Shown: positions 28,635-38,243 of the stretch, in pieces
How positions within the stretch are numbered: the first letter of the stretch is position 1
Layout of the letters: every line of letters starts with the position of its first letter
NCBI GenBank assembly: GCA_035703305.1
Contig: DASSYJ010000125.1
Span: 8,013-72,012 of the forward strand
Source: Ornithinibacter sp.
Lineage (GTDB): Bacteria > Actinomycetota > Actinomycetes > Actinomycetales > Dermatophilaceae
Length of the DNA: 64,000 bases
Direction: 5' to 3'
Notes under the pieces: generated by a model
Told to the model about the DNA's origin: nothing
What the model saw: only the letters and a program-made list of their open reading frames with translations
Databases searched by the model: none
Made by a program: the position numbers and the translations under genes

Positions 28635-28816
28635 CTCGACACCTTCCTCTGGGCGACACCGGGGCGGCGGCGCGAAGGCTCATTCCAGCGGGCGGGGCGG
28701 CGCGCACGGGCGTAGCCGACCTGCGGGGACCCGCTCGTCGAACGATCCCACACGCCGGGCGCGGGCGGCATCCCTCCCGCCTGCGGCTCCGGGCACGGCG
28801 CTGCCACGATGGGGCC

Positions 28817-30688
28817 ATGGCCCTCGACGTCGAGCTGTCCGAGACGAGGGACTTCCTCGCGCACCACCACCCGTTCGACACCCTGCCGGCCGCCGTCCTC
28901 GACCGGCTCCCGGGCCAGATGACCGTGCGGTACTTCCGCCGCGGCACGAAGCTCATCGCCAAGGGCCGCGACAACCACCACCTCTATGTCCTGCGGTCCG
29001 GGGCGGCCGACGTCCACGACGAGCAGGGCAGCCTCGTCGACCGGGGTGGCGCAGGGGCGTGCTTCGGCTCGATCACGCTCACGCGAGGCAACCCCTCGAC
29101 GATGGACGTCACCGCCATCGAGGACAGCCTCGCCCTCCTCCTCCCGGCGGAGGACTTCCACCGGCTCTGCGCAGAGCACCCGGAGGTCGACGCGTTCTTC
29201 GACGCCCAGCGGGCGAGCCGGATGCGGGGCGCCGTGGACTCCCTCCAGCTGTCGTCGACGGGGAGCGCGATCCTCAAGACCCGGGTGCGCGACCTCGTGG
29301 GCCGGGAGCCGGTGGCCGTGGCCTCGACCGCGACCGTCCGGGACGCCGCCCGGGTCATGTCGGAGCACCGGGTCTCCTCGCTCCTCGTCATGGACGGGGA
29401 GCGGCTCACCGGCATCCTCACCGACCGTGACCTGCGCACCCGCGTCCTCGCCGCAGGAGTGGACCCGTCGGTGGGGGTCGCCGAGGTGATGACGGCCGAC
29501 CCGGTGACGGGGGCCGTCGACGAGCTCGCCTTCGAGGTGCTCCTCGAGATGGTGGGTCGCCACATCCACCACCTGCCGATCCTCGACGCGGACGGTCGCG
29601 CCGTCGGCCTCGTGACGACGACCGACCTGCTTCGCCTCGAGCAGTCGAACCCCGTCTACCTCGCCGGCGACATCGCCAAGCAGCCCGACGTCGCCGGCGT
29701 GGCCCTCGTGTCGAGCCGGCTCCCCCAGGTCGTGCAGTCGCTCGTGGAGCAGGACGCCTCGGCCGACGACATCGGCCGGGTCGTGACGGCCGTCGGGGAT
29801 GCCGTGGAGCGTCGCCTCATCGCGCTCGCCGAGGCCGACCTCGGGCCACCACCCGTGCCGTACTGCTGGGTGGCGCTGGGCTCGCGGGCGCGACTCGAGC
29901 AGGCGCTCGCGGCCGACCAGGACAACGCGATCATCATCGACGAGGGGCTCGAGCCGGCCGACGCGCCGTGGTTCCAGGCCTTGGCCGAGCGGGTCACCGA
30001 GGACCTCGTGGCGTGCGGCTACCCACGCTGCCCCGGCGACGTCATGGCGACGAACCCCCGCTGGCGGCAGCCCCTGCCACAGTGGCGCAGGCAGTTCACG
30101 TCGTGGCTTAGCGAGCCGGTGCCCGAGGCCCTCCTGGGGGCGAGCATCTTCTTCGACATGCGGGCCGTCCACGGCGACACGACGCTGCTCGAGCGGCTCC
30201 AGCGGCACGTGCTCACGGCATCCCCCGACTCCCGTCTCTTCCTCGCCCACCTCGCCAAGCAGGCGACGCACAAGGAGCCGCCACTCGGCTTCTTCCGGGG
30301 TCTCGTGCTCGAGAAGGCGGGGGAGCACCGCAACACCCTGGACATCAAGCGCGGGGGCATCGGTGCGGTCGTCGAGCTCGCCCGCGTCCACGCCCTGTCC
30401 ATCGGGAGCCCCGCGGTCAACACCCAGGCGCGGATCGAGGCGGTCCGGCGGGCCGGGGTGCTCGGCGACGACAAGGCCCACGACCTGCGCGACGCGTTCG
30501 AGTTCATCTCCTACGTGCGGCTGCGCCACCAGGCGGCCCAGGTGCGTCGCGGGGACCCGGTCGACAACTTCGTCGAGCCCGACGACCTGTCGAGCTTCGA
30601 CAAGCGGCACCTGCGCGAGGCGTTCGGGATCGTCCGGCACGCGCAGAACGCGCTCGCCCACCGGTACCCGATGCACTACATCTCGTGA
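28817..30688 (+). CDS. cNMP-binding/CBS/DUF294 nucleotidyltransferase-like protein
   Basis: N-terminal cNMP domain, CBS pair (GILTDRDLRTRV), LGSRARLEQ...DQDNA, CPGDVMATNP, IFFDMR, LDIKRGG. Confidence 0.92.
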   Translation: MALDVELSETRDFLAHHHPFDTLPAAVLDRLPGQMTVRYFRRGTKLIAKGRDNHHLYVLRSGAADVHDEQGSLVDRGGAGACFGSITLTRGNPSTMDVTAIEDSLALLLPAEDFHRLCAEHPEVDAFFDAQRASRMRGAVDSLQLSSTGSAILKTRVRDLVGREPVAVASTATVRDAARVMSEHRVSSLLVMDGERLTGILTDRDLRTRVLAAGVDPSVGVAEVMTADPVTGAVDELAFEVLLEMVGRHIHHLPILDADGRAVGLVTTTDLLRLEQSNPVYLAGDIAKQPDVAGVALVSSRLPQVVQSLVEQDASADDIGRVVTAVGDAVERRLIALAEADLGPPPVPYCWVALGSRARLEQALAADQDNAIIIDEGLEPADAPWFQALAERVTEDLVACGYPRCPGDVMATNPRWRQPLPQWRRQFTSWLSEPVPEALLGASIFFDMRAVHGDTTLLERLQRHVLTASPDSRLFLAHLAKQATHKEPPLGFFRGLVLEKAGEHRNTLDIKRGGIGAVVELARVHALSIGSPAVNTQARIEAVRRAGVLGDDKAHDLRDAFEFISYVRLRHQAAQVRRGDPVDNFVEPDDLSSFDKRHLREAFGIVRHAQNALAHRYPMHYIS

Positions 30689-31422
30689 GCCTCTTCCGCC
30701 GGACCCCCGAGGAGCGGCGCCTGCGTGCCCTGCGGGCCCTGGAGGCGTCGTCGTCGCCGGGGTCGTCGGGGCCGGCAGGGTCGGTGCCGGTCCCGTTGCA
30801 CGACTACCTGTCCGTCCCGTTCCCGGCACCGGGGACACCGCTCGACGAGCTGGGGCTCCTCGCGGTCGACATCGAGACGACCGGCCTCGACCCGCGGAGG
30901 GACCGCCTGCTGTCGGTCGGGTTCGTGCCGGTGGACGGTGGCGAGATCGTGCTCGGGCGGGCTGGCCGGGTCGTCGTGCGCGACGGGTCCGAGGTGGGGC
31001 AGAGCGCGACGGTGCACGGCCTGACCGACGACGAGCTGGCCCGTGGGGTGCCACTACCGGATGCCGTGGGCGCGGTGCTGGAGGCGCTGGCGGGTCGCGC
31101 GCTCCTGGCCCACTTCTCCCGGGTCGAGACGGAGTTCCTGTCGGCCGCCTGCGAGCGCCTCTGGGGCACAGGCATGCCGTGCGTCGCCGTCGACACCATG
31201 GAGCTCGAGAGGGGGCTCGTCGAGACGGGGTGGGGGAGCGAGCCGGATGCCGGGGCACTGCGGCTCTGGACGGCCCGGGGTCGGCGGGGGCTGCCGGTCT
31301 ACAAGGCACACGAGGCGCTGACCGACGCGCTCGCCTGTGCCGAGCTCTACCTCGCGCAGCGCGCCGAGCTCGCGGCGAGGTCCCCGGAGACGACGCTGAC
31401 CCTCCGCCAGGTCACGGCGTGA
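30685..31422 (+). CDS. DEDDh 3'-5' exonuclease (DnaQ-like)
   Basis: VDIETTGLD, VHGLTD, HEALTDALACAEL; overlaps the upstream stop. Confidence 0.9.
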   Translation: MSLFRRTPEERRLRALRALEASSSPGSSGPAGSVPVPLHDYLSVPFPAPGTPLDELGLLAVDIETTGLDPRRDRLLSVGFVPVDGGEIVLGRAGRVVVRDGSEVGQSATVHGLTDDELARGVPLPDAVGAVLEALAGRALLAHFSRVETEFLSAACERLWGTGMPCVAVDTMELERGLVETGWGSEPDAGALRLWTARGRRGLPVYKAHEALTDALACAELYLAQRAELAARSPETTLTLRQVTA

Positions 31423-31466
31423 GGGTCAGTGTCTGCGCCGGCGCGGGCGGACGACGCGGTGCCGGG

Positions 31467-31637
31467 TCAGGAGATGCGGCGCGGGGTGCTCGCCTGCGCG
31501 AGGACGTGGATCTCCTCGGTGGCGCGGTCGAGGTCGCGGTCGGAGTGGGCGACCCAGCCACCGCCGTGGTGGCGGCTCGTGCGCAGCGCGGACACGAGGT
31601 GGCGGGCCTTCATGATGGAGAGGGACTTCGTGGTCAT
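31467..31637 (-). CDS. 56-aa hypothetical protein divergent from LysR
   Basis: MTTKSLSIMKARHLV...HSDRDLDRATEEIHVLA; GGAG upstream. Confidence 0.55.
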   Translation of the reverse strand: MTTKSLSIMKARHLVSALRTSRHHGGGWVAHSDRDLDRATEEIHVLAQASTPRRIS

Positions 31638-31659
31638 GACTCCATGGTCGTCCGCCTCA

Positions 31660-31710
31660 TGATTCAGCACAACGTGACTTTGCTTAGTAGTCGTTAAGTC
31701 TGGCTGTATG
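31660..31710. promoter_or_regulatory. AT-rich LysR divergent promoter/operator region
   Basis: TTCAGCACAACGTGAC and TTAAGTCTGGCTGTAT, T-N11-A-like boxes. Confidence 0.5.
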
Positions 31711-31718
31711 GTTGTCTC

Positions 31719-32633
31719 GTGCTCGACCCCCATCGCATCCGTGTCTTCCGGTCGGTCGTCGCGAGTGGGTCGGTGCAGGCCGCGGCGGACAACCTGGGGC
31801 TGACCTCGTCCGCCGTGAGCCAGCACCTCTCGGCCCTCCAGCGGGAGACGGGCCTGACGCTGTTCCACCGGGTCGGGCGCGGCATCGCCCCGACCGAGGT
31901 CGCGCTGGTGCTCGACGCGCAGACCGACGAGGCGATGAGCCAGTGGGGCCGCGTCGACCGGCTCGTCGCCGACCTGCGCGAGGGCCGGTCGGGGCGCCTG
32001 TCGATCGGCTACTTCGCGTCCGCCGGCGCGGTGTGGATGCCGTCCCTCGTCAAGCGCCTGACCCGGGAGTTCCCGGACCTCGTGCTCGAGATGGTGCTCA
32101 ACGAGGTGGAGCGGCGCGGGCCCCGTCCCGACATCGACCTCGTCATCGACCCGCCCCACAGCCCGGTGCCCAGCGGCTACCGGCGGGTCGACCTCACGGA
32201 GGACCAGTTCGTCGCCATCGTGCCGCGGGGCCACCCCCTCGCCGAGCGGGAGTCGATCGCCCTGGCCGACCTGCGCGGGGAGACGTGGGTGAGCAACGAC
32301 TACCCGAAGGCGTTCGGTCACCGGCTCGTCGTGGCCGCGTGCAACGCCGCGGGGTTCCGTCCGCGCTTCACGGTTCAGGCCCAGGACCACCACACGGCGA
32401 TCGGCTTCGTCGGAGCCGGCATCGGCGTCTCCGTGCTTCCGGCACTCGCAGCGCGGAGCCTTCCGGCGACGGTGGCGCGCGTCGGCATCCAACCGCCGGC
32501 GCCCGTGCGCCACCTGGCGGCACTCATCCGGGACCTCGGGGCGCCGAACCCGCCGGCCGAGCGGGCCGTCGAGCTGCTCACGGACCTCATCGCCCACCCG
32601 AGCGCGGCGCCCCGCCGCCAGGGACGCGAGTGA
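31719..32633 (+). CDS. LysR family transcriptional regulator
   Basis: GSVQAAADNLGLTSSAVSQHLSALQRETGLTLF HTH plus substrate-binding domain. Confidence 0.95.
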   Translation: MLDPHRIRVFRSVVASGSVQAAADNLGLTSSAVSQHLSALQRETGLTLFHRVGRGIAPTEVALVLDAQTDEAMSQWGRVDRLVADLREGRSGRLSIGYFASAGAVWMPSLVKRLTREFPDLVLEMVLNEVERRGPRPDIDLVIDPPHSPVPSGYRRVDLTEDQFVAIVPRGHPLAERESIALADLRGETWVSNDYPKAFGHRLVVAACNAAGFRPRFTVQAQDHHTAIGFVGAGIGVSVLPALAARSLPATVARVGIQPPAPVRHLAALIRDLGAPNPPAERAVELLTDLIAHPSAAPRRQGRE

Positions 32634-32752
32634 CGCCTGGAGCCTGGGCGGTGCACGGCGGAAGGGCGTCGACGTGCCCCGGCCGCTCCTCGAGGGATGC
32701 CGGGGAGGCGCCCTCCACCGAGGGCATGATCTACAACGCGGGCTGAAGCGTC

Positions 32753-32802
32753 GGTTACCGCCTGGTACTCGACGTCGTCACATCCGCTACCAGTCGGTAA
32801 CC
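32753..32802. repeat. Intergenic inverted repeat between convergent genes (REP-like or terminator)
   Basis: GGTTACCGCCTGGTA...TACCAGTCGGTAACC. Confidence 0.65.
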
Positions 32803-32870
32803 CGCGCCGAACCGATCCCCCGGGCAAGCGACGTCACGATCAGCCTGGCGCGATCCATGTGGACACGTGG

Positions 32871-35546
32871 TCACACCCCGGCGGTTTGCTCGGGGCGGGT
32901 CTTCGAGCCCGCGGCGCCGTCGCTGTCGAGCGACCGACCCTCGGCGCCCTTCGAGCCCGCGGCGCCGTCGCTGTCGAGCGACTGACCCTCGGCGCCCTTC
33001 GCGCCCTCGCCCAACGCCCCCGACCGGAGGCGCTCGGCCAGGCGCACGCCCTCGACGTCGAGGTCCGGCAGCATCCGGTCGAGCCACCGCGGGAGGTACC
33101 ACGCGCGGTCGTCGAGGAGGTGCATGACCGCCGGCGTCAGCGTCATCCGCACGAGCACGGCATCCACGAGCACGCCGACGGCCAACCCGAACCCGATGGG
33201 CCGGACCATCGCGAGGTGCGAGAACGCGAAGCCGAGGAAGACCGACGTCATGATGATCGCCGCGGCCGTGACGACCTTGGCGCCGTGCACGAACCCGGTG
33301 CGGACGGCCGTCCGTGAGTCCTCGCCGTGCGACCGGGCCTCGTGCATCCCCGAGACGAGGAACATCTGGTAGTCCATCGCCAGGCCGAAGAGGACGCCGA
33401 TGAGGATGATCGGCATGAAGGACATGAGCGGCCCCGGCTGGTTGACGCCGAGGAACCCACCGAGCCAGCCCCACTGGTGCACGGCCACGGTCGCGCCGAA
33501 CGCCGCGGCGACGGACAGGAGGAACCCTGCCGTCGCGACGATGGGCACGACGAGCGACCGGAACACGAGCATGAGGATGAGCAGCGAGAACCCGACGACG
33601 ACGGCGAGGTAGGGCGCCAGTGCCGAGCCGAGCCGCTCCGAGATCTCGATGTTCGCGACGGTCTGGCCGGTGAGGCCGATGTCGACGCCGTTGTGTCGCG
33701 CATAGGTCTCGGCCGCGAAGGCGATCCGGTCGACGGTGTCGATGGTGCTCGGGTTCGCGGGGCTCGTGGTCGGAACCACCTGGAAGGCAAGGGTGTTCGT
33801 GTCGTCACTGACACCGAACGGCACGACGCTCCGCACGCCCTCGACGTCCCTGAGGTCCGTCGCGATGCGTGCCTGCTGGTCGAGCACCTGCGCGTCGGTG
33901 CGCGGCGCGGCGGTGTCGGGCAGCGTGGCGACGGCCACGATCGGTCCGTTGACGCCCGGCCCGAACTCCGCCGCGATCGTCGTGTATGCCGTGTGCGCAC
34001 TCGAGCCCGTCGGCTCGCTGCCGCCGTCGGGCAGCCCGAGCTGCACCTGGGTGACCGGGATGGCGACGACCCCGATGAGCGCGACGACGGCGAGGACGGT
34101 GAGCCACGGATGCCGGGTGACGAGGCGGACGTACCACCCGCCGTGCTCCTCGTCGCGGTCGTCGTCGGGGACCGACCGGGTCGTCGCGTCGCCCGGCACC
34201 GCGAACCCCGCGGCCCGCCAGCCCCGCCGCGAGACGACCCGGTGGCGCATCAGGCGCAGGACGGCCGGGCTCACCGTGATCGCGACGATGACGGTGACGG
34301 CGACGGTGCCCGCCGCCACGAGGCCCATCTCGGCGAGGACCGGGAGGCCCGAGAGCACGAGGGCGGCGAGCGCGATGACGACGGTGGCACCCGCGAACAC
34401 CACGGCGCTCCCGGCCGTCGCGACGGCTCGCGCGATCGACTCGACGAGGTCACGACCGTGCAGGAGGTTCGCGCGGTGCCGGTTGACGATGAACAGCGCG
34501 TAGTCGATGCCCACCGCGAGGCCGAGCATGAGGGCAAGCGCGGGGGTCATCGTGTTGAGCTCCACGAATGCCGTGAACGCCATCGCGGCGCCGAGGCCCA
34601 CCCCGACGCCGAGCAGAGCGACGAGGAGCGGAAGCCCTGCGGCGACGAGGCTCCCGAGGACGGCGACGAGCACGACGAGAGCGACCGAGAGACCGACGAC
34701 CTCTCCCGGCCCGATGATCGAGGTGTCCTGGGTGATCTCCACGCTGTAGTGGGCCGTGACACCGGACCCCGCGAGGGCGGCGTCACCCCGCTCCACGACG
34801 AGGGCACGGTCCTCGGCGGGCACGGACTGCGCGTTGTCGTCGAACTGGACCTGCGCCACGGCATACCGCCCGTCCTCGCTGACGAGCCGGGTGCCCTCCG
34901 TGGCCCGGTTGACCGCGACCCCGTCCTCGTACTGCGCGCGACCGGCGTCGAGCTCGGCTCGGCCCTTCTCGAGCTCCGCCCTGCCGGCGTCGACCTGCGC
35001 CCGGCCGTCCTCGAGCTGCGCCCGCAGGCCGGGGATCGAGGGGTCCCGGGGGGTCGTCGCCTCGAGCTGGGCGAGGAACGCCTCGCCCCCCGAGACCTGG
35101 CCCTCTGCCTGTGCGAGCTTCTCGGTGCCGGCGTCGAGCTTCGCCCGGCCGGCGTCCAGGCGGTCCTTGGCGGCCTTCAGGTCGTCGGCGCCGGCGTCGA
35201 GCCGGGCCTGGGCGTCGAAGGGGTCGATGACGCGCTGGACGTGCGGGACCTCGGCCCACGCCCCGAACGCGTCCGCCACCGCGGCCCGCTGCTCGTCGGT
35301 GAACGTGCCGGCGTCGCTCTCCAGGACCACCGTCCCGAACCCTCCGGCGGCCTCGGGGATGGTGGCGCCGAGGCGGTTGACGACCTTCTCGAAGCTGGCG
35401 TCGGGGATCGAGATGCGGGTGCTGAGCGGCTGCCCGACCGTGGCGGCAAGGGCGCCCACGCCCGTGAGCACGACGAGCCAGATGGTGAGGGTGCTCCAGG
35501 CGTGCGTGGCGCACCAGCGGCCGAGCCTGTAGAGGAGGGAGGACAT
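32871..35546 (-). CDS. MMPL/RND family transporter
   Basis: MSSLLYRLGRW, GLAVGIDYALF, TAGSAVVFAG, FGLAMDYQMFLVS, WYLPRWLDR. Confidence 0.95.
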   Translation of the reverse strand: MSSLLYRLGRWCATHAWSTLTIWLVVLTGVGALAATVGQPLSTRISIPDASFEKVVNRLGATIPEAAGGFGTVVLESDAGTFTDEQRAAVADAFGAWAEVPHVQRVIDPFDAQARLDAGADDLKAAKDRLDAGRAKLDAGTEKLAQAEGQVSGGEAFLAQLEATTPRDPSIPGLRAQLEDGRAQVDAGRAELEKGRAELDAGRAQYEDGVAVNRATEGTRLVSEDGRYAVAQVQFDDNAQSVPAEDRALVVERGDAALAGSGVTAHYSVEITQDTSIIGPGEVVGLSVALVVLVAVLGSLVAAGLPLLVALLGVGVGLGAAMAFTAFVELNTMTPALALMLGLAVGIDYALFIVNRHRANLLHGRDLVESIARAVATAGSAVVFAGATVVIALAALVLSGLPVLAEMGLVAAGTVAVTVIVAITVSPAVLRLMRHRVVSRRGWRAAGFAVPGDATTRSVPDDDRDEEHGGWYVRLVTRHPWLTVLAVVALIGVVAIPVTQVQLGLPDGGSEPTGSSAHTAYTTIAAEFGPGVNGPIVAVATLPDTAAPRTDAQVLDQQARIATDLRDVEGVRSVVPFGVSDDTNTLAFQVVPTTSPANPSTIDTVDRIAFAAETYARHNGVDIGLTGQTVANIEISERLGSALAPYLAVVVGFSLLILMLVFRSLVVPIVATAGFLLSVAAAFGATVAVHQWGWLGGFLGVNQPGPLMSFMPIILIGVLFGLAMDYQMFLVSGMHEARSHGEDSRTAVRTGFVHGAKVVTAAAIIMTSVFLGFAFSHLAMVRPIGFGLAVGVLVDAVLVRMTLTPAVMHLLDDRAWYLPRWLDRMLPDLDVEGVRLAERLRSGALGEGAKGAEGQSLDSDGAAGSKGAEGRSLDSDGAAGSKTRPEQTAGV
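32901..33000. repeat. 48-bp tandem duplication in the MMPL C-terminal tail
   Basis: Encodes EG(Q/R)SLDSDGAAGSK twice. Confidence 0.85.
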
Positions 35547-35586
35547 GTCGGGCCTTGTCGTGGTGGTGGTCGGAGCCGAGGAGGGG

Positions 35587-36345
35587 TCAGGGGGTGGGGG
35601 TGCGGATGCCGACGGTGCTGCTCGCACGCCCCCGACTCGGTGCGGGGGGTTGCGCCGGGTCCACGCTCATCGCGGGCACGGGGTCGAGCCCGGAGCGCAG
35701 GTGGCCGATGGCGGCCGCGAAGCACTCCTGGAGTGACCGGGTGACCGTCGTCCCCGGGGTGACCGTCGTCGCGGGGCTGGCCGTGGCGCCTCGTGCCCAC
35801 ACCCGGAACGCCGCCTCGGCGGAGCCGACGAGAGTGGAGGCGTAGGTCGCCACGAGGAGGTCGTCGACGCCGGGGCCGAGGCGCCGTCGCAGCCACCCCT
35901 CGAGCCAGCCGAGCCACGTGTGCAGCTCCACGAGGATGAGCCCTCGGGCGTGGGGCGAGGACTCACCGGCCGCCGCGAGGGTGGCGATCCGCTCGACGAG
36001 CTCCTCGTCGCCCGGGTCGGTGACCACGGCCAGGGCGCTGTCGAGAACCGGCTCCTCGACCGGACGCGACTCGAGGCGGGCTCCGACCGAGGAGAAGAAC
36101 TCCGCCACGCTCGCCGTGAGCACCGTCTCGACGGAGGGGAAGTAGTTGAAGAAGGTGCGGCGCGAGACGCCGGCCCGGTCGGCCACCGCGTCGGCGGTGA
36201 CGCCCTCGAACCCGTGCTCCCGGACGAGGGAGTAGGCCGCCTGGGCGAGCGCCCGCCGCGTCTCGTCGCGCTTCCGGCTGCGCAGCGAGCAGCCGTCGCC
36301 GCCGATGCCGGGGACGCTGCCGATCCTGTGGATGCCGGGACTCAC
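35587..36345 (-). CDS. TetR family regulator
   Basis: LRSRKRDETRRAL, GFEGVTADAVADRAGVSRRTFFNYF. Confidence 0.92.
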   Translation of the reverse strand: MSPGIHRIGSVPGIGGDGCSLRSRKRDETRRALAQAAYSLVREHGFEGVTADAVADRAGVSRRTFFNYFPSVETVLTASVAEFFSSVGARLESRPVEEPVLDSALAVVTDPGDEELVERIATLAAAGESSPHARGLILVELHTWLGWLEGWLRRRLGPGVDDLLVATYASTLVGSAEAAFRVWARGATASPATTVTPGTTVTRSLQECFAAAIGHLRSGLDPVPAMSVDPAQPPAPSRGRASSTVGIRTPTP

Positions 36346-36366
36346 CCGCGACACGGTACGCAATCC

Positions 36367-36398
36367 TGCACTACCGTGCAAACCTGCACGATCATGCA
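36367..36398. promoter_or_regulatory. Tandem TetR-type operators TGCA-N6-TGCA x2
   Basis: TGCACTACCGTGCA (36367-36380) and TGCACGATCATGCA (36385-36398) upstream of tetR-mmpL. Confidence 0.7.
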
Positions 36399-36460
36399 GG
36401 TGGCGCGCTCGCGCAGCCAGAGGGCACTCGGCCCCAGGCCGCCGTGAGACGCTGGGCGTC

Positions 36461-38176
36461 ATGGCACACGGGACGGCAGAGCAGCCGCGCGAGGGGGCGC
36501 TCCTGCGCCGCATCCGCGAGTCCGTCATCGGCGAGGACCACGTCATGACGACCCCCTACGGACGGCGGCGCGTGACGTATGCCGACTACACGGCATCCGG
36601 GCGCGCCCTGAGCTTCCTCGAGGACTTCATCCGCGACGAGGTGCTCCCCGGCTACGCCAACACGCACACGGAGTCCAGCGGCACGGGCCTCCAGACGACG
36701 CGCCTGCGCGAGGACGCCCGCGGGATCATCCGCGACGCCGTGCACGGGGACGACGAGACGGTCGTCATCTTCGCGGGGTCGGGCTGCACCGGCGCGATCG
36801 ACAAGCTCATCGGAGTCCTCGGCCTGCGCATCCCGTCGGCCCTCGAGGACCGCTGGCACCTCTCGGACCACATCCCGCCCGAGGAGCGTCCGGTCGTGTT
36901 CATCGGGCCGTACGAGCACCACTCGAACGAGGTCCCGTGGCGCGAGTCGGTCGCCGACGTCGTGACGATCCGCGAGGACGCCGACGGCGGCGTCTGCCAG
37001 GAGCACCTGCGCGAGCGGCTCGAGGAGCTCGCCGACCGGCCGCTCAAGATCGGCTCGTTCAGCGCGGCGTCCAACGTCACGGGCATCGTCTCGGACACCT
37101 ATGGCATCTCGGCGCTGCTCCACGAGCACGGCGCCCTCGCGTTCTGGGACTTCGCCGCCGCCGCGCCCTACGTCGACATCGAGATGAGCGCGCCCGCCGG
37201 AGGCGACCCCACGGCATACAAGGACGCGATCTTCCTCTCGCCCCACAAGTTCATCGGTGGCCCGTCGACGCCGGGGATCCTCGTCGCGCGTCGCGAGCTG
37301 TTCACGAACCGCGTCCCCGTCGTGCCGGGTGGCGGCACGGTGGCCTACGTCAACCCGGAGGACCACGCCTACCTCACGGATGCCGAGCACCGCGAGGAGG
37401 GTGGGACGCCCGCGATCATCGAGGCCGTGCGCGCCGGGCTCGTCTTCCAGCTCAAGGAGGCCGTCGGCGTCGAGACGATCCGGGCCCGTGAGGAGCGCTT
37501 CCTCTCCCGAGCGGTCGACGCGTGGCAGCGGGAGCCGTCGATCGAGATCCTCGGCAACCTCGAGGCGCCCCGCCTGTCGATCGTGTCCTTCGTCGTGCGC
37601 ACGCCCTCGGGCCACTACCTGCACCACAACTTCGTCGTCGCGGTGCTCAACGACCTCTTCGGCATCCAGGCCCGCGGCGGCTGCTCGTGCGCCGGCCCCT
37701 ACGGGCACCGGCTGCTCGGCATCGACATCGAGCGCTCCCACGAGTTCGAGCGCGAGATCACCGGCGGCTGCGAGGGCATCAAGCCCGGCTGGGTGCGGGT
37801 CAACTTCAACTACTTCATCTCCGACACCGTCGCCGACTACGTCATCGAGGCGGTGCGCCTCGTCGCGCGCGACGGCTGGCGGCTGCTCGGGGACTACCTC
37901 TTCGACCCGCTGACCGGGAGGTGGCGCCACCGCGACGGTCTCGTCGAGCCGCCGATCCGGCTCCGCGACGTGCGGTATGCCGACGACGGCACCATGGTCG
38001 TGCCGCGCGCCGACGCGCGGGGTGGGGAGGAGCTGCTTGCGGAGCACCTCCGCGAGGGGGAGACGATCCTGGCGGCCGCCACGCCGCCGGACCTGGCGTC
38101 CCACCCGGCATACGTCTCGGCGGACTTCGAGCACCTGCGCTGGTTCGACCTGCCCGAGACCGCGATCGACCACTGA
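36461..38176 (+). CDS. Class V PLP aminotransferase / cysteine desulfurase-like protein
   Basis: YADYTASG, YANTH, EHHSN, SPHKFIGGP, EEGGTP, RGGCSCAGPY. Confidence 0.9.
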   Translation: MAHGTAEQPREGALLRRIRESVIGEDHVMTTPYGRRRVTYADYTASGRALSFLEDFIRDEVLPGYANTHTESSGTGLQTTRLREDARGIIRDAVHGDDETVVIFAGSGCTGAIDKLIGVLGLRIPSALEDRWHLSDHIPPEERPVVFIGPYEHHSNEVPWRESVADVVTIREDADGGVCQEHLRERLEELADRPLKIGSFSAASNVTGIVSDTYGISALLHEHGALAFWDFAAAAPYVDIEMSAPAGGDPTAYKDAIFLSPHKFIGGPSTPGILVARRELFTNRVPVVPGGGTVAYVNPEDHAYLTDAEHREEGGTPAIIEAVRAGLVFQLKEAVGVETIRAREERFLSRAVDAWQREPSIEILGNLEAPRLSIVSFVVRTPSGHYLHHNFVVAVLNDLFGIQARGGCSCAGPYGHRLLGIDIERSHEFEREITGGCEGIKPGWVRVNFNYFISDTVADYVIEAVRLVARDGWRLLGDYLFDPLTGRWRHRDGLVEPPIRLRDVRYADDGTMVVPRADARGGEELLAEHLREGETILAAATPPDLASHPAYVSADFEHLRWFDLPETAIDH

Positions 38177-38243
38177 CCCGACCCGACCCGCCACAACCCG
38201 ACACGACCGACCCCGTCGGCAGGGCCGTCACTGGTTGACCACC

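Noticed and set aside
25993-29430. Very long antisense ORFs (also 8372-11023, 42037-44799, 61235-63934)
   Set aside because: Shadow ORFs caused by stop-codon scarcity opposite real high-GC3 genes; no recognisable motifs
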